Positions 6,917 through 17,024 of a DNA stretch of 53,729 nucleotides are shown one piece after another. The translations under genes were made by a program, and so were the position numbers. Positions within the stretch are counted from its first letter, which is position 1, and every line of letters starts with the position of its first letter. The DNA comes from Nanobdellota archaeon (lineage in GTDB: Archaea > Nanobdellota > Nanobdellia > Woesearchaeales > GW2011-AR4): assembly GCA_022564635.1 (NCBI GenBank), contig JADFLA010000003.1:1-53729 (forward strand), in the 5' to 3' direction. Below the pieces are notes generated by a model. The model was not told where the DNA came from. It ran no database searches and saw only the letters and a program-made list of their open reading frames with translations.

Positions 6917-7789
6917 ATGTACGAGAAATCCCAAGTATCTATAGAATTTTTTACCTTAATAGGGCTGGCTTTTTTAATGGTAATAATTATTGTCGCAGCT
7001 TCTGCCAATGAAGTAAAGGAATTCAGGGATCAAAAAGAATTTTTTCTGATAAAGGATTTGGCTCTGAAATTGCAGAAAGAGGTTAGTATTGCAGCTTCTG
7101 TTGAAGATGGTTATGTAAGAAGCTTTACTTTGCCAGATAAGCTTGATAATATTGTTGATTATTCCATAAGAATAAGAAATAATTCCATAACAGTTGATTC
7201 CTTAAAAACAGCTTATTTTGTTGCGATAGTAAACGTTACCGGATATTTTACAAAAGGTAATAATAAGATTGAAAAAATAAATGGTCAGATATACATAAAT
7301 GGTGGCGTAGGATCAGGTGGAGAAGGTGGAGGAGAGAGTGGTGGAGAAGGTGGACCTTTAGATGAGGTAGCTAGTCAGCTTACAGCAAATACTAATAAGA
7401 GCTTGCCTTCAGATTGGCATGGAGCGAAAGGAGATAAGGATAATATTGTTCTCAAGCTAATTAGTGATGTTTCTTATGATATTTATCTGGAAAGTTTTAC
7501 TTTAAGCTGGAATGATCCTGCAAATAAACTAAGGCATTTTCAGCATTTAACAGAGGCAAATGGTTGGTCTAAAGTCAAGATTTGGGATAATGGAGATCAG
7601 TCTAGCCCTGTTGTAGATGTATTTGATGATAATGGTGATGCAGATGCTAATCTGAAAATTCCGGCAAACAAATACACTATAATTGATGATTTGCATTATA
7701 AAAAAAACATTATTCTCCCAACAGATTTTACTCTTGTATTAAATTTCAATGATGGGACATCGTCAACATTAAGTCTTACTATTAGTTAA
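6917..7789 (+). CDS. Type IV pilin-like protein with Gly/Glu linker and an extra C-terminal domain
   Basis: MYEKS/QVSIEF class III signal; GGVGSGGEGGGESGGEGG linker. Confidence 0.8.
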   Translation: MYEKSQVSIEFFTLIGLAFLMVIIIVAASANEVKEFRDQKEFFLIKDLALKLQKEVSIAASVEDGYVRSFTLPDKLDNIVDYSIRIRNNSITVDSLKTAYFVAIVNVTGYFTKGNNKIEKINGQIYINGGVGSGGEGGGESGGEGGPLDEVASQLTANTNKSLPSDWHGAKGDKDNIVLKLISDVSYDIYLESFTLSWNDPANKLRHFQHLTEANGWSKVKIWDNGDQSSPVVDVFDDNGDADANLKIPANKYTIIDDLHYKKNIILPTDFTLVLNFNDGTSSTLSLTIS

Positions 7790-7802
7790 AAAAGAGGCAT
7801 AA

Positions 7803-8984
7803 ATGGGAACAGAAAAAAATAGTATAAGTAATACAAAAGCCCAAGTGTGGTTTACTGATTTCGTTATAGGCATGATAGTATTTTCTCTTGTACTCATTTC
7901 ATACTATACATACACAACTAATATCTCAAAAGAGGATTCTTCAGCAACTGATAATTTAATTTCAGATGCAAAAATTGTCTCTTCGTCTTTAATATCTAAG
8001 GGTTTTCCGGATAATTGGGATGCTAATACCGTTACTAGAATAGGCTTTACAGACAATTATAATAGAATTGATACTACAAAGTTCAATGAGTTTAATAAAC
8101 TAAATTACAATAAAAGCAAAAAACTGCTAGGAATTTCTAATGATTATTTTTTATTCTTTGTAAATGAAAGCGGAGATGTGCAAAATGTTGAGGGTTATTG
8201 TGGGACTGGAATAGGCGAGGTTAATATTACCTATGATATAAGTGCTGCTTATTATTACCAAAATAGGGACGAAGAACAATTTTTAAAGTCATTTATGGAA
8301 GATGAATTTCAAGCCATTGTATATTGTGATGGTGGCCCAAAATGTGATTTTTTATCCTTTACCGATTTTTTATCTGATATCAATAACTATGATTTTATAG
8401 TTGTGGAACATCCCCTATGGAGTAATTCTGATTTTAATGATTTTGAAGATGCTGCAGACCCTTGGGTTCTAGCAGGTGGAATTCTGTTTGTTGGAGGAGA
8501 ATTAGGATCCAGTCAGCAGTCTAATGGTTTTGGTGTTCAGTTCAGAAAAATATCTGGCCAGTCGGAAAGTGATAGGTTAGCAACAGTTGTGAATGAAGAC
8601 GAATTCATTGCTTTTAATGTGCAAGATAATATAATATTTCGTCAGGCTTTTTATGTGAGAGATATTGGTGTTGGAAGTGATCTTAAAGATATTGCGAGAT
8701 TTAATGAAAGTGACATAGAGTTTGAAGATATCCTAGATAATAAGATAGCTCTGGCAAGATGGCCTTTTGGCAGCGGTAAAATATTTTTCTTCAGTGATTT
8801 TGACGCAGATTACCTTAGTGGGAATTTTCAGGAGATATTAGAAGGATCGATCAAAAAATCTGCTAATGCCGTATGTTTACCAGTTAATATCAGTAATATA
8901 AAGAGGGATAATTTGATAAGAACAGATAGACTAGTAATCTATAATTCTGATCAAATAAAAATGGTTCTTTACTTATGGAATTAA
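7803..8984 (+). CDS. Large pilin-like or adhesin protein with class III signal
   Basis: TKA/QVWFTDFVIGMIVF N-terminus; acidic extracellular domain. Confidence 0.75.
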   Translation: MGTEKNSISNTKAQVWFTDFVIGMIVFSLVLISYYTYTTNISKEDSSATDNLISDAKIVSSSLISKGFPDNWDANTVTRIGFTDNYNRIDTTKFNEFNKLNYNKSKKLLGISNDYFLFFVNESGDVQNVEGYCGTGIGEVNITYDISAAYYYQNRDEEQFLKSFMEDEFQAIVYCDGGPKCDFLSFTDFLSDINNYDFIVVEHPLWSNSDFNDFEDAADPWVLAGGILFVGGELGSSQQSNGFGVQFRKISGQSESDRLATVVNEDEFIAFNVQDNIIFRQAFYVRDIGVGSDLKDIARFNESDIEFEDILDNKIALARWPFGSGKIFFFSDFDADYLSGNFQEILEGSIKKSANAVCLPVNISNIKRDNLIRTDRLVIYNSDQIKMVLYLWN

Positions 8985-8985
8985 A

Positions 8986-9516
8986 ATGCAACTTTGTGGA
9001 AAAATGAAAAAAGGTATATTTTTTACAATAGATAGTATTATTGCGGCAGGAATAATTTTTGTTGTTATTGTATATGCTTCTTCTTTTTATGTCAAAGAGC
9101 AACCTAGCTTTAATCTGAATTATTTGTCACAAGATATAACTAAAACTTTGTCAACCCTTACTGTTAAAGAAATTGATAATGAGTATATTAACGAACGCAT
9201 AAGTTCTGGAGATATAACGAATCTTGATAATACAATTTTGGAACAGATAAGTGAGTTCTGGGCTGATGACCAAATGGTTTTTGCAAATAGAACTGCAAGC
9301 AATGTAACAGATCTTTTTGTACCTGATAATATTGGGTTTGGTATTTGGATAGATAAACAAACTATATACAGTAGAAGCACTCCTATTACAAAGTCTTTAG
9401 TTTCATCTAAAAAAATCATAAGTGGGATTGAAAAAAGTCAAACAACGGGGGAAACAAGGAAAAATCCACCAATATTACTGGGTCCTGTTGTAGTCGAGGT
9501 TAGGATATGGAACTGA
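8986..9516 (+). CDS. Minor pilin-like protein
   Basis: MKKG/IFFTIDSIIAAGIIF class III-type N-terminus (alternative start 9004). Confidence 0.75.
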   Translation: MQLCGKMKKGIFFTIDSIIAAGIIFVVIVYASSFYVKEQPSFNLNYLSQDITKTLSTLTVKEIDNEYINERISSGDITNLDNTILEQISEFWADDQMVFANRTASNVTDLFVPDNIGFGIWIDKQTIYSRSTPITKSLVSSKKIISGIEKSQTTGETRKNPPILLGPVVVEVRIWN

Positions 9517-10481
9517 ATAAAAAAGGAATTTTTTTTACGTTTGCTGCAATTGCATTGTCTATAATAATTATTCTCTCATTCAATGTTTATACAGATTACA
9601 GATTAAATGATCAGATGGGGCCTATAGAAATTAGAATTGATACAATGAACAATTTCATAAAAGATTTAGAAAATGACATAGGGAACGCAATTTTTATAGC
9701 AGGTTTTAGGAGTTTGTTAAGCTTAGAGGACTATATGATGGATCATGACGAATTTTTTAATGCGGTTGATACTCCAACTTTAGCTAATGCTTTTGATGAA
9801 GTATTTAGACTGGGAACTATTCAGTATGGAACCGGTACTGAAAAAATGCTTTTGATGAATAATAATACTTTCCTTAACTGGACTGATAGGATGAAATTGC
9901 AATCTACTAGAACTAATATAAAATTAGAGTTTAATATTGATAGTGTAACAATAAGCCAATCGGATCCGTGGGCAGTGGATGTAACAGTACGGTTAGATAT
10001 AGATGTGAAAGATGAAAAGAATACTGCATCTTGGACGATAAATAATAAAGATTATACAAAAAAAATAAATATAACTTCTCTAACGGGTGTAAAAAAATTT
10101 GTAGATCCTTTGTACCTAGTAAATAATAATGGGTTAGTAAACAATACAATAACAATAACTACTGTTCCAGATTTTTCATCTTCAGCAAATTTAAATACTC
10201 ATTTGATTAATTCTTATTACATAGAACATAGCGATGCACCTAGTTATTTGATGAGGTTTGAGAATAATTTAGGATCTTCCAGTCAGGGTATTGAAAGTCT
10301 TGTAAATTCACAGAAACTCATAGATAAAGGAGTAACTACATATGACAGAAGTGCAGTAGACTATATTTATTATGGATCCGGGATTACCACAAACTGCAAA
10401 ATTGTTGATTTTGAATCACTTGATTGGTTTAAATTGGATTCAAGCCATTTAGGATTCTATGGAGCTACATGCATACCATAG
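9507..10481 (+). CDS. Minor pilin-like protein
   Basis: NKKG/IFFTFAAIALSIII class III-type N-terminus. Confidence 0.75.
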   Translation: MELNKKGIFFTFAAIALSIIIILSFNVYTDYRLNDQMGPIEIRIDTMNNFIKDLENDIGNAIFIAGFRSLLSLEDYMMDHDEFFNAVDTPTLANAFDEVFRLGTIQYGTGTEKMLLMNNNTFLNWTDRMKLQSTRTNIKLEFNIDSVTISQSDPWAVDVTVRLDIDVKDEKNTASWTINNKDYTKKINITSLTGVKKFVDPLYLVNNNGLVNNTITITTVPDFSSSANLNTHLINSYYIEHSDAPSYLMRFENNLGSSSQGIESLVNSQKLIDKGVTTYDRSAVDYIYYGSGITTNCKIVDFESLDWFKLDSSHLGFYGATCIP

Positions 10482-10518
10482 AAACATATTTAAATTATAT
10501 AATTGCTAAACTATTAAA

Positions 10519-11661
10519 ATGGGAATAGCAGGCTCTATTATAGAAACTGGTGTTGATAAGTTAGTTAAGTTAGTTAATACAAAAGGAAGAATTGCTGCTT
10601 CTGATGCTGCAAAAGAGCTTGGAGTAGGTATGAGTGTTATTATGGAATGGGCGGATTTTCTTGAAGAAGAAGGGATTATAAACATAGAATATAAGTTTAC
10701 AAAGCCCTATTTGGTTGCAAGAAAAATTGCAAAAAAGGACGTACAGGAAAAGGCAAAAGAATTTTCTGGTAAAAAGGAGGTTTTTATAAGAAAGGCCGAG
10801 GTTTCATTAAGTTTTATTAACAGGGAATCCAATAAGCTCAAAACTTTAAAGGAAGAATTTGATAAGATTAAAAGAGATCTCGGTTTTGATATAGGCAACA
10901 TAAAAAATGAGCTGCAAGAATTGACAAAATATGAGCAATTGAAAATAGACCTAGATAAGCAAATGGAGGATCAAAAGAGATCTTCTGTTGATAAACTTCA
11001 AGAAATAACGAAACAGGTTCTAAGGGAGAAAAAAAAATACCAGTATATATTAACGGAGATTAAAAAGGAAGAAGAGGTACTGGAAAGGGATAAAGTAGAA
11101 GCAAATTCCATAGAAGAAAGTCAGAAACTTATCAAGGACAGGCTTAACAGTTTGAAGAAAATTATTGAAAAAGTTGAAAATAGAGTCACAACAGAAGAAG
11201 AGAGTGTTAAGATTTCTGAAAATAGTATTCAAAAGCTAGTTGCAATGGCTGAGAACCTAAAAGTCAGGGTTGAGGAAGAAAAAGGTCTGATAGAGCCTTT
11301 GGTAGAGCAAAGCACCAGTCAGGCAGAAAAAATAAAGGAATTGCAAGCTGCGATAATTAAAAAGATAGAGTCTAAAGAAAAAAAGCTGAAAGGCGCAAAA
11401 AGCGCATCTAAAAAAATGAAAGAATTTTTTAAGAAAAAATTGGGTGTGATGAGCTTTATAGAAAAGGTAAATAAAGACACAAATGACTTGCAAAATGAAT
11501 TAATTGCTTTAATTAAGAAAGCGAGGTCATTCCAATTAAGCTCGAGTAGTGCTAATCTAGGAAGCCAGATAGAAGGATTAGAGAAAAAATTCAAGGAAGT
11601 TGACACTAAAAAGAATTTATTTGAAAGGGAGTTAAAAAAAATAAATACATTTTTTAGGTAA
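10519..11661 (+). CDS. N-terminal winged-HTH-like domain plus long coiled coil
   Basis: DAAKELGV..VIMEWADFLEEEGII helix-turn-helix pattern, then about 300 aa of E/K-rich heptads. Confidence 0.7.
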   Translation: MGIAGSIIETGVDKLVKLVNTKGRIAASDAAKELGVGMSVIMEWADFLEEEGIINIEYKFTKPYLVARKIAKKDVQEKAKEFSGKKEVFIRKAEVSLSFINRESNKLKTLKEEFDKIKRDLGFDIGNIKNELQELTKYEQLKIDLDKQMEDQKRSSVDKLQEITKQVLREKKKYQYILTEIKKEEEVLERDKVEANSIEESQKLIKDRLNSLKKIIEKVENRVTTEEESVKISENSIQKLVAMAENLKVRVEEEKGLIEPLVEQSTSQAEKIKELQAAIIKKIESKEKKLKGAKSASKKMKEFFKKKLGVMSFIEKVNKDTNDLQNELIALIKKARSFQLSSSSANLGSQIEGLEKKFKEVDTKKNLFERELKKINTFFR

Positions 11662-11686
11662 TTAGCTATAAAAAAGAGGTGGAACT

Positions 11687-13288
11687 TTGAAGACAAAACT
11701 TAGATTTAGGAAAAAAAATTCAGGTATTAAGACAAAAGATTCCATTTCTAAAATAAAATCAGTGCATGGGGCTAGGACGAAACAGCATTATATTAGCATA
11801 CCCGAAAAAAGCGATATTAAAATTATTACTACTTATAATTTTGATTCTGGAGGAATACCAATAACTATTAAGGTATATACGAAAAAAGATGAATTTGTTC
11901 CCATCTATGATGTTTCCATAACTGGGATAAGTAAAAATACTGAGATAGTTCTGGACAAGATAAAAGAAGAATTAACTAGCCAGGTAAGCCTCGGAATGGT
12001 GGACATATTGGATACCAAAGAGACAGGAGTCATAGAAAAAAAATTTACCCAAGCTATAGAACTATTACTTAACAAGCATTTTCCTGATGCAAGTAAGAAA
12101 GTGATTGATTTTTTGAAATCGTATTTGATTCAAAAAAGTTTAGGACTTGGGTCAGTAGAGATCCTTATGGATGACATAAATCTTGAAGAGGTTGCAATAA
12201 ATTGTAAGGAAGAACCTATCTGGGTTTACCATCTAAAATATGGGTGGTTAAAAACAAACATAAGGATGGAAAGTGAGGAGCAGATAAGGCATTATGCCTC
12301 AATGATAGGAAGAAGGATTGGAAGACAGATAACAATATTAGAACCGTTAATGGATGCACATCTTGCAGCTGGTGACAGGGTAAATGCTACCTTAGAACCC
12401 ATATCTGTTAAGGGCAATACACTGACTCTTAGAAAATTTGCTGCAAAGCCGTGGACAATAACGGATTTTATAAAATCAGAGACAATATCAACAGCTGCTG
12501 CAGCTTTAATATGGCTAGGGGTTCAATATGAATTATCAACGTTAATATCTGGCGGAACAGCTACTGGTAAGACGTCTATGCTTAATGTAGTTGCAAATTT
12601 TTTTCCTCCAAATCAGCGCGTGATAAGTATAGAAGACACAAGAGAAATAAGGCTTCCTAAATTCCTGCACTGGGTCCCTATGATAACAAGGCTGCCAAAT
12701 CCAGAAGGTAAGGGAGAAATTTCAATGCTTGATCTGCTGGTAAATTCATTAAGAATGAGGCCTGACAGGATAGTTGTTGGGGAGATTAGGAGGAAAAGAG
12801 AAGCGGAAGTACTGTTTGAGGCAATACATACAGGACATTCTGTATATGCTACGGTTCATGCAAATGATACAAGAGAAACAATAACAAGACTTACTAACCC
12901 TCCGATAGAAATCCCAAAAACGATGTTGCCAGCTATTTCAATGATCATCGTACAATATAGAAATAGAAGAACAGGTATAAGAAAAACATTCCAGATTTCT
13001 GAGATATTGCCTAACTCTGAAGCAAATGTTCTAATACAATTGGATATAAAGTCCGGAAAATTGAATAAGATAAACAAATCAAGAAGTCTGCTTAATACTA
13101 TCCAGACTTTTACCGGGTTCAGCAATAAAGAATTAATAAAGTCATTGAAAGAAAGAGAACATGTTCTTAAATGGCTTGTCAAGCAGAATATAAATACAGT
13201 TGACAGTGTGGGAAAAGTTATGGCAGAATATTATACACAACCTGATTATTTGATGAAGTTTGTTAAAAAGAATAAGCCTTTGGTTTGA
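11687..13288 (+). CDS. Type IV pilus assembly ATPase (VirB11/TadA/CpaF family)
   Basis: Walker A GGTATGKTS, IEDTRE, LRMRPDRIVVGEIR, TGH and TVHA motifs. TTG start with GAGGTGG SD. Confidence 0.93.
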   Translation: MKTKLRFRKKNSGIKTKDSISKIKSVHGARTKQHYISIPEKSDIKIITTYNFDSGGIPITIKVYTKKDEFVPIYDVSITGISKNTEIVLDKIKEELTSQVSLGMVDILDTKETGVIEKKFTQAIELLLNKHFPDASKKVIDFLKSYLIQKSLGLGSVEILMDDINLEEVAINCKEEPIWVYHLKYGWLKTNIRMESEEQIRHYASMIGRRIGRQITILEPLMDAHLAAGDRVNATLEPISVKGNTLTLRKFAAKPWTITDFIKSETISTAAAALIWLGVQYELSTLISGGTATGKTSMLNVVANFFPPNQRVISIEDTREIRLPKFLHWVPMITRLPNPEGKGEISMLDLLVNSLRMRPDRIVVGEIRRKREAEVLFEAIHTGHSVYATVHANDTRETITRLTNPPIEIPKTMLPAISMIIVQYRNRRTGIRKTFQISEILPNSEANVLIQLDIKSGKLNKINKSRSLLNTIQTFTGFSNKELIKSLKEREHVLKWLVKQNINTVDSVGKVMAEYYTQPDYLMKFVKKNKPLV

Positions 13289-13290
13289 AC

Positions 13291-14556
13291 TTAAGTTCCT
13301 TCTTCCCAGCTTTCAATATATTTTTTTTGTTCAGGAGTCATAGTGTCAATCTTTATTCCCATAGCTTCAAGCTGCAAGCGAGCAATCTCGTCATCTTTTT
13401 CTTTCGGCAAAACATAAACCTTTGGCTCTAATTTCCCCTTATTTTTAACTAAATATTCGCAAGCAAAAGATTGGTTGATGAATGACATTGCCATTATTGT
13501 TGAAGGATGGCCTTCAGCAGCAGCTAAATTAATTAATCTTGCTTCCCCTAAAATAAAAATTCTTTTTCCATCATCCAGAGTATATTCATCCATAAAAGGT
13601 CTTATATTTCTTTTGCTTTTAGCAATTTTCTTTAAATCATTTATATTTATCTCAGCATCAAAATGTCCTGAATTTGCTAATAATACACCATCCTTCATTA
13701 ATTTCATGTGTTCAATATCAATTATGTTTTTATTTCCAGTGACGGTTACAAAAATATCTCCTATCTTAGCAGCATCTTTGATTGGCATTACCCGGAAACC
13801 GTCCATTGCTGCTTGTAAACCCTTAAATGGGTCAACCTCTGTTATAATAACATTAGAATCCATACCTTGAGCACGTTTTGCTACACCCTTGCCACATTCA
13901 CCATATCCGCATATAACAAAATTTTTTCCTGCAAAAAGCACATTAGTTGCACGCAAAATTCCATCCATAGTGCTTTGTCCTGTGCCTTTCAGATTATCCA
14001 TGAGATGTTTTGTTTTTGAGTCGTTAACTGCAATGATAGGGTACCTTAATGCTTTATCTTTTTCCATTGCCCTTAATCTAATAACTCCTGTTGTTGTTTC
14101 CTCTGCACCACCGATAATATTTTTTATCAAATCTTGGTGTTTTTTATGGATTTCTGAAACCAGATCACAGCCATCATCGATTGTAATTTGTGGCTTAAAA
14201 TTGATAACATTAGTAAGGTATCTGTAGTAATCTTCTTTTGTCTCTCCTTTATATGCCCATACATTTATTCCTTCTTTTGCTAATGCAGCGGCAATGTCAT
14301 CTTGCGTAGATAAAGGATTACAACCAGTAATTGCAATTTGGGCTCCACCAGCAACCAGAGTTTTAACAAGAACGGCGGTTTCTTTGGTTACGTGCAAAGC
14401 AAGACCTATTTTTATTCCTTTCAAGGGCTTTTCTTTTTTAAATCGATCTCTAACTTTAAGCAAAGCTCCCATCTGCATCTCTGCCCATTCAATATTCTTT
14501 TTTCCCTGCTCTGCGAGATTAATATCTTTGACTTCGTAGTTTTTTCCTTTGTCCAT
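13291..14556 (-). CDS. ahcY: Adenosylhomocysteinase (SAH hydrolase)
   Basis: LHVTKET, CNPLSTQD, DDGCD, EETTTG, GYGECGKG, SGHFDAE, GHPS and YIESWEEGT motifs. Confidence 0.97.
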   Translation of the reverse strand: MDKGKNYEVKDINLAEQGKKNIEWAEMQMGALLKVRDRFKKEKPLKGIKIGLALHVTKETAVLVKTLVAGGAQIAITGCNPLSTQDDIAAALAKEGINVWAYKGETKEDYYRYLTNVINFKPQITIDDGCDLVSEIHKKHQDLIKNIIGGAEETTTGVIRLRAMEKDKALRYPIIAVNDSKTKHLMDNLKGTGQSTMDGILRATNVLFAGKNFVICGYGECGKGVAKRAQGMDSNVIITEVDPFKGLQAAMDGFRVMPIKDAAKIGDIFVTVTGNKNIIDIEHMKLMKDGVLLANSGHFDAEININDLKKIAKSKRNIRPFMDEYTLDDGKRIFILGEARLINLAAAEGHPSTIMAMSFINQSFACEYLVKNKGKLEPKVYVLPKEKDDEIARLQLEAMGIKIDTMTPEQKKYIESWEEGT

Positions 14557-14615
14557 AATAAAACTCCTCCACGATTATGGAGAATTATCAGCCATTTATA
14601 TATTTTTTTAATTGA

Positions 14616-15578
14616 TTATAATTTCAAATAGGGCTTTAATTTTTCTTTTAAAATACTGATCCTTAACTTAAAATCATTTGCCACATCATTATCAGATTTA
14701 GTAGATTCTTCTTTGTAGCTCTGATTTTTATTATCTATACCGTTTACAAAGTCTATAATATTTTTATGTATATAATTTAAATTGTAACCACCTTCTAAGG
14801 AAACAAAAATATTTTTGAAATTTTTATTTAACAATTTTCCAACTTCATAAAATGCATTTGTTGTTAGATTTAATTGTAATAAAGGGTCCGAATGGTGTGC
14901 ATCAAAGCCTGCTGATACACCAACTATATCTGGATTAAATTCATTTTTTATTATTGGAATTATTTTGTTTAAAATTTCTAAAAATAAATCATCTGATGTA
15001 AATGTAGGCATTGGGATATTTATTGTAAATCCTTTTCCTTTATCTGTCCCAATTTCCTTTATCCATCCTGTACCCGGATAAGCTGGAAACTGATGTGTTG
15101 ATAAGTATAAGACTTTATCTGTACCATAAAAAATATCTTGGGTTCCATTACCATGATGGCCATCAAAATCTATTATGAAGACTTTTTTTCCCTTATTAAC
15201 CAGATTTTGCGCAGCAATTGCAATATTATTAAATAGACAAAAACCCATTGCTTTGTTTTTAGTTGCGTGATGTCCTGGTGGTCTTCCTAAAGAAAAGTTA
15301 TTTTTTTCTGATACTTTGATAGCTGCAGCAACTGCAAAACATGCAGCTTCATAGCTAAATTTATTTGTATATGTATCAGTATCTAAATTAGCTTCATTTT
15401 TTGATGTATTTTTTATTGATTGAATATAGTTTTTATTGTAAATTAAATTAAGATATTTTTCTCCATTTTCTAATTTAGTTTCTTTTAGATTTTCGTCAAA
15501 ATATGCTAATCGTTCTGGACACTCTGGATGCGAGATTGTTTTGTGCTTTAGAAATATTTTGTTATAAATAAGTTGCAT
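14616..15578 (-). CDS. Histone deacetylase family (Zn-dependent) hydrolase
   Basis: HPECPERL, RPPGHHA, GFCLFNN, DFDGHHGNGTQ, SAGFDAH and LEGGY motifs. Confidence 0.93.
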   Translation of the reverse strand: MQLIYNKIFLKHKTISHPECPERLAYFDENLKETKLENGEKYLNLIYNKNYIQSIKNTSKNEANLDTDTYTNKFSYEAACFAVAAAIKVSEKNNFSLGRPPGHHATKNKAMGFCLFNNIAIAAQNLVNKGKKVFIIDFDGHHGNGTQDIFYGTDKVLYLSTHQFPAYPGTGWIKEIGTDKGKGFTINIPMPTFTSDDLFLEILNKIIPIIKNEFNPDIVGVSAGFDAHHSDPLLQLNLTTNAFYEVGKLLNKNFKNIFVSLEGGYNLNYIHKNIIDFVNGIDNKNQSYKEESTKSDNDVANDFKLRISILKEKLKPYLKL

Positions 15579-15580
15579 TT

Positions 15581-15850
15581 TTATGTTGGTGGTATTTTTA
15601 AAAATCTGTAAATTTCTTCTTTTTTACTAGGATTTAATGAAACATGCCATTCTCCAGTTTTCTTTGCTTTTGTTAAAAATTCTAACTGGAACAATTCTTT
15701 TATCGCTTTTTCAACAACTTTGGCTCCTCTTAAATGTGATGGGAGGCCCTTGACTAGATTATCTTCTTCTGTATGTGAGTTACCCCATTTAGGAGGTTTC
15801 ACTGACATTAATTTTCTTAAAATTTTTTCCTGAATAGCTCTTTTTTCCAT
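15581..15850 (-). CDS. Small basic hypothetical protein (89 aa), probably winged-helix
   Basis: WGNSHT..NL.KG.P.H.RG ... HVSLNP pattern; stop is 2 nt before the HDAC start. Confidence 0.65.
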   Translation of the reverse strand: MEKRAIQEKILRKLMSVKPPKWGNSHTEEDNLVKGLPSHLRGAKVVEKAIKELFQLEFLTKAKKTGEWHVSLNPSKKEEIYRFLKIPPT

Positions 15851-15897
15851 TGTACAAGAAAATAGTATAATGATATATAAATATTATCTCAAATTTA

Positions 15898-15913
15898 GGT
15901 ATATTAATATACC
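15898..15913. promoter_or_regulatory. Perfect 16-bp palindrome between divergent promoters (candidate operator)
   Basis: GGTATATTAATATACC, between TATA-like boxes at about 15874-15881 and 15925-15933. Confidence 0.55.
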
Positions 15914-15960
15914 AAAATAGAAAGTTTTAAATAGTTGTAGATTAGTAGTAGTGATAGTAA

Positions 15961-16287
15961 ATGGAACAAACAACTATTTTTAGAGAGGCTTTAGGAGACA
16001 GCCCCGTAATAAGAGTTTTAGATTTCTTGATAGAAGGCAGAGGACTTGACTATTCTTTATCAGATATAGCGGAGAACTCTAATATAGGTTGGACAACTCT
16101 GCATAGAATTTGGGACAAATTATTAAAATTAGAGATTGTAAAACCTACAAGAGAAATAGGCAGAGCAAAATTATTTAAATTAAATGAAGAAAACAAGGCT
16201 GTGAAAGAGTTAATAAGATTGTATGACACCTTACTTTATCAGGAAACTGAAAAGCACCTTTCTAAGAAGTTAATTGTTAAGGTTTGA
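15961..16287 (+). CDS. Winged-HTH transcriptional regulator
   Basis: DYSLSDIAENSNIGWTTLHRIWDKLLKLEIVKPTREIGRAKLFKLN wHTH pattern. Confidence 0.85.
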   Translation: MEQTTIFREALGDSPVIRVLDFLIEGRGLDYSLSDIAENSNIGWTTLHRIWDKLLKLEIVKPTREIGRAKLFKLNEENKAVKELIRLYDTLLYQETEKHLSKKLIVKV

Positions 16288-16341
16288 TTTCTTTTCTTAA
16301 ATAATTAAAAATTCCTTATATCTTGAATCCTCTTCATTTAT

Positions 16342-17016
16342 TTAATTAGAATCTTGAAAATAAACTAAGGGCGGAGTTCCTTGTTCTAATAATTTTATCG
16401 CAACGGATCTATAGGACCTATGCATTCCTGAAAAAGTGGAATCTTCAGGTAATGTAAAATTAAGTATAATAGAAGTGTGGTTATCGTCTTCTTTATAATG
16501 CAATGATCCATTGTTTCTAGTAGCAAACATCCTCGCTAAAGGTAAACCTTGGCCATTACCTTGAATTAGTGCTCTGACTCTAGTATGTGTGTCTATAGTA
16601 TCATACCGTTCAAAAGGCACATAAATTTTATTCATACCCTCTTCCACTCTTTGTCCTAAATCTTCGTTAAGCCCTGAGTTGTTCCTCACTGCAACTATAG
16701 ATGTAGAGTTTATTTCATATGAAATATCTATTTCTGTAAATTCCATATGTCTTTCGAAAAGTTCCATCACAATTCTTGTCCGTTCTTCTGGAGGTAACTC
16801 CGATTTCAAGAATTCATCTATTGAGCCAAAGGCTTCACTAATTTCTCTCGAAGGTAATGCTTTTACAGCATTTTTAACTAACTCATCCAGAACAAAACTA
16901 AAAGAATGAAAGCTACCAATATAATCATTTTGCGATTTTGGAAATGATTCATTAAATCCTACTTCTTCCAAAAAAATTTGTGCTATTTTAGATGAAGTTA
17001 ACATATTAACCTTCAT
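16342..17016 (-). CDS. Stand-alone GHKL/HATPase_c-like domain protein
   Basis: N box VLDELVKNAV, G2 box GNGQGLPL, degenerate G1 box (RNNSG); no HisKA domain. Confidence 0.6.
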   Translation of the reverse strand: MKVNMLTSSKIAQIFLEEVGFNESFPKSQNDYIGSFHSFSFVLDELVKNAVKALPSREISEAFGSIDEFLKSELPPEERTRIVMELFERHMEFTEIDISYEINSTSIVAVRNNSGLNEDLGQRVEEGMNKIYVPFERYDTIDTHTRVRALIQGNGQGLPLARMFATRNNGSLHYKEDDNHTSIILNFTLPEDSTFSGMHRSYRSVAIKLLEQGTPPLVYFQDSN

Positions 17017-17024
17017 TTCGCATA

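Noticed and set aside
6498-13288. Archaellum operon
   Set aside because: No archaellin-type N-termini and no ArlF, G, H or J genes; the pilins are of the QxSxE and KKG/IFF types.
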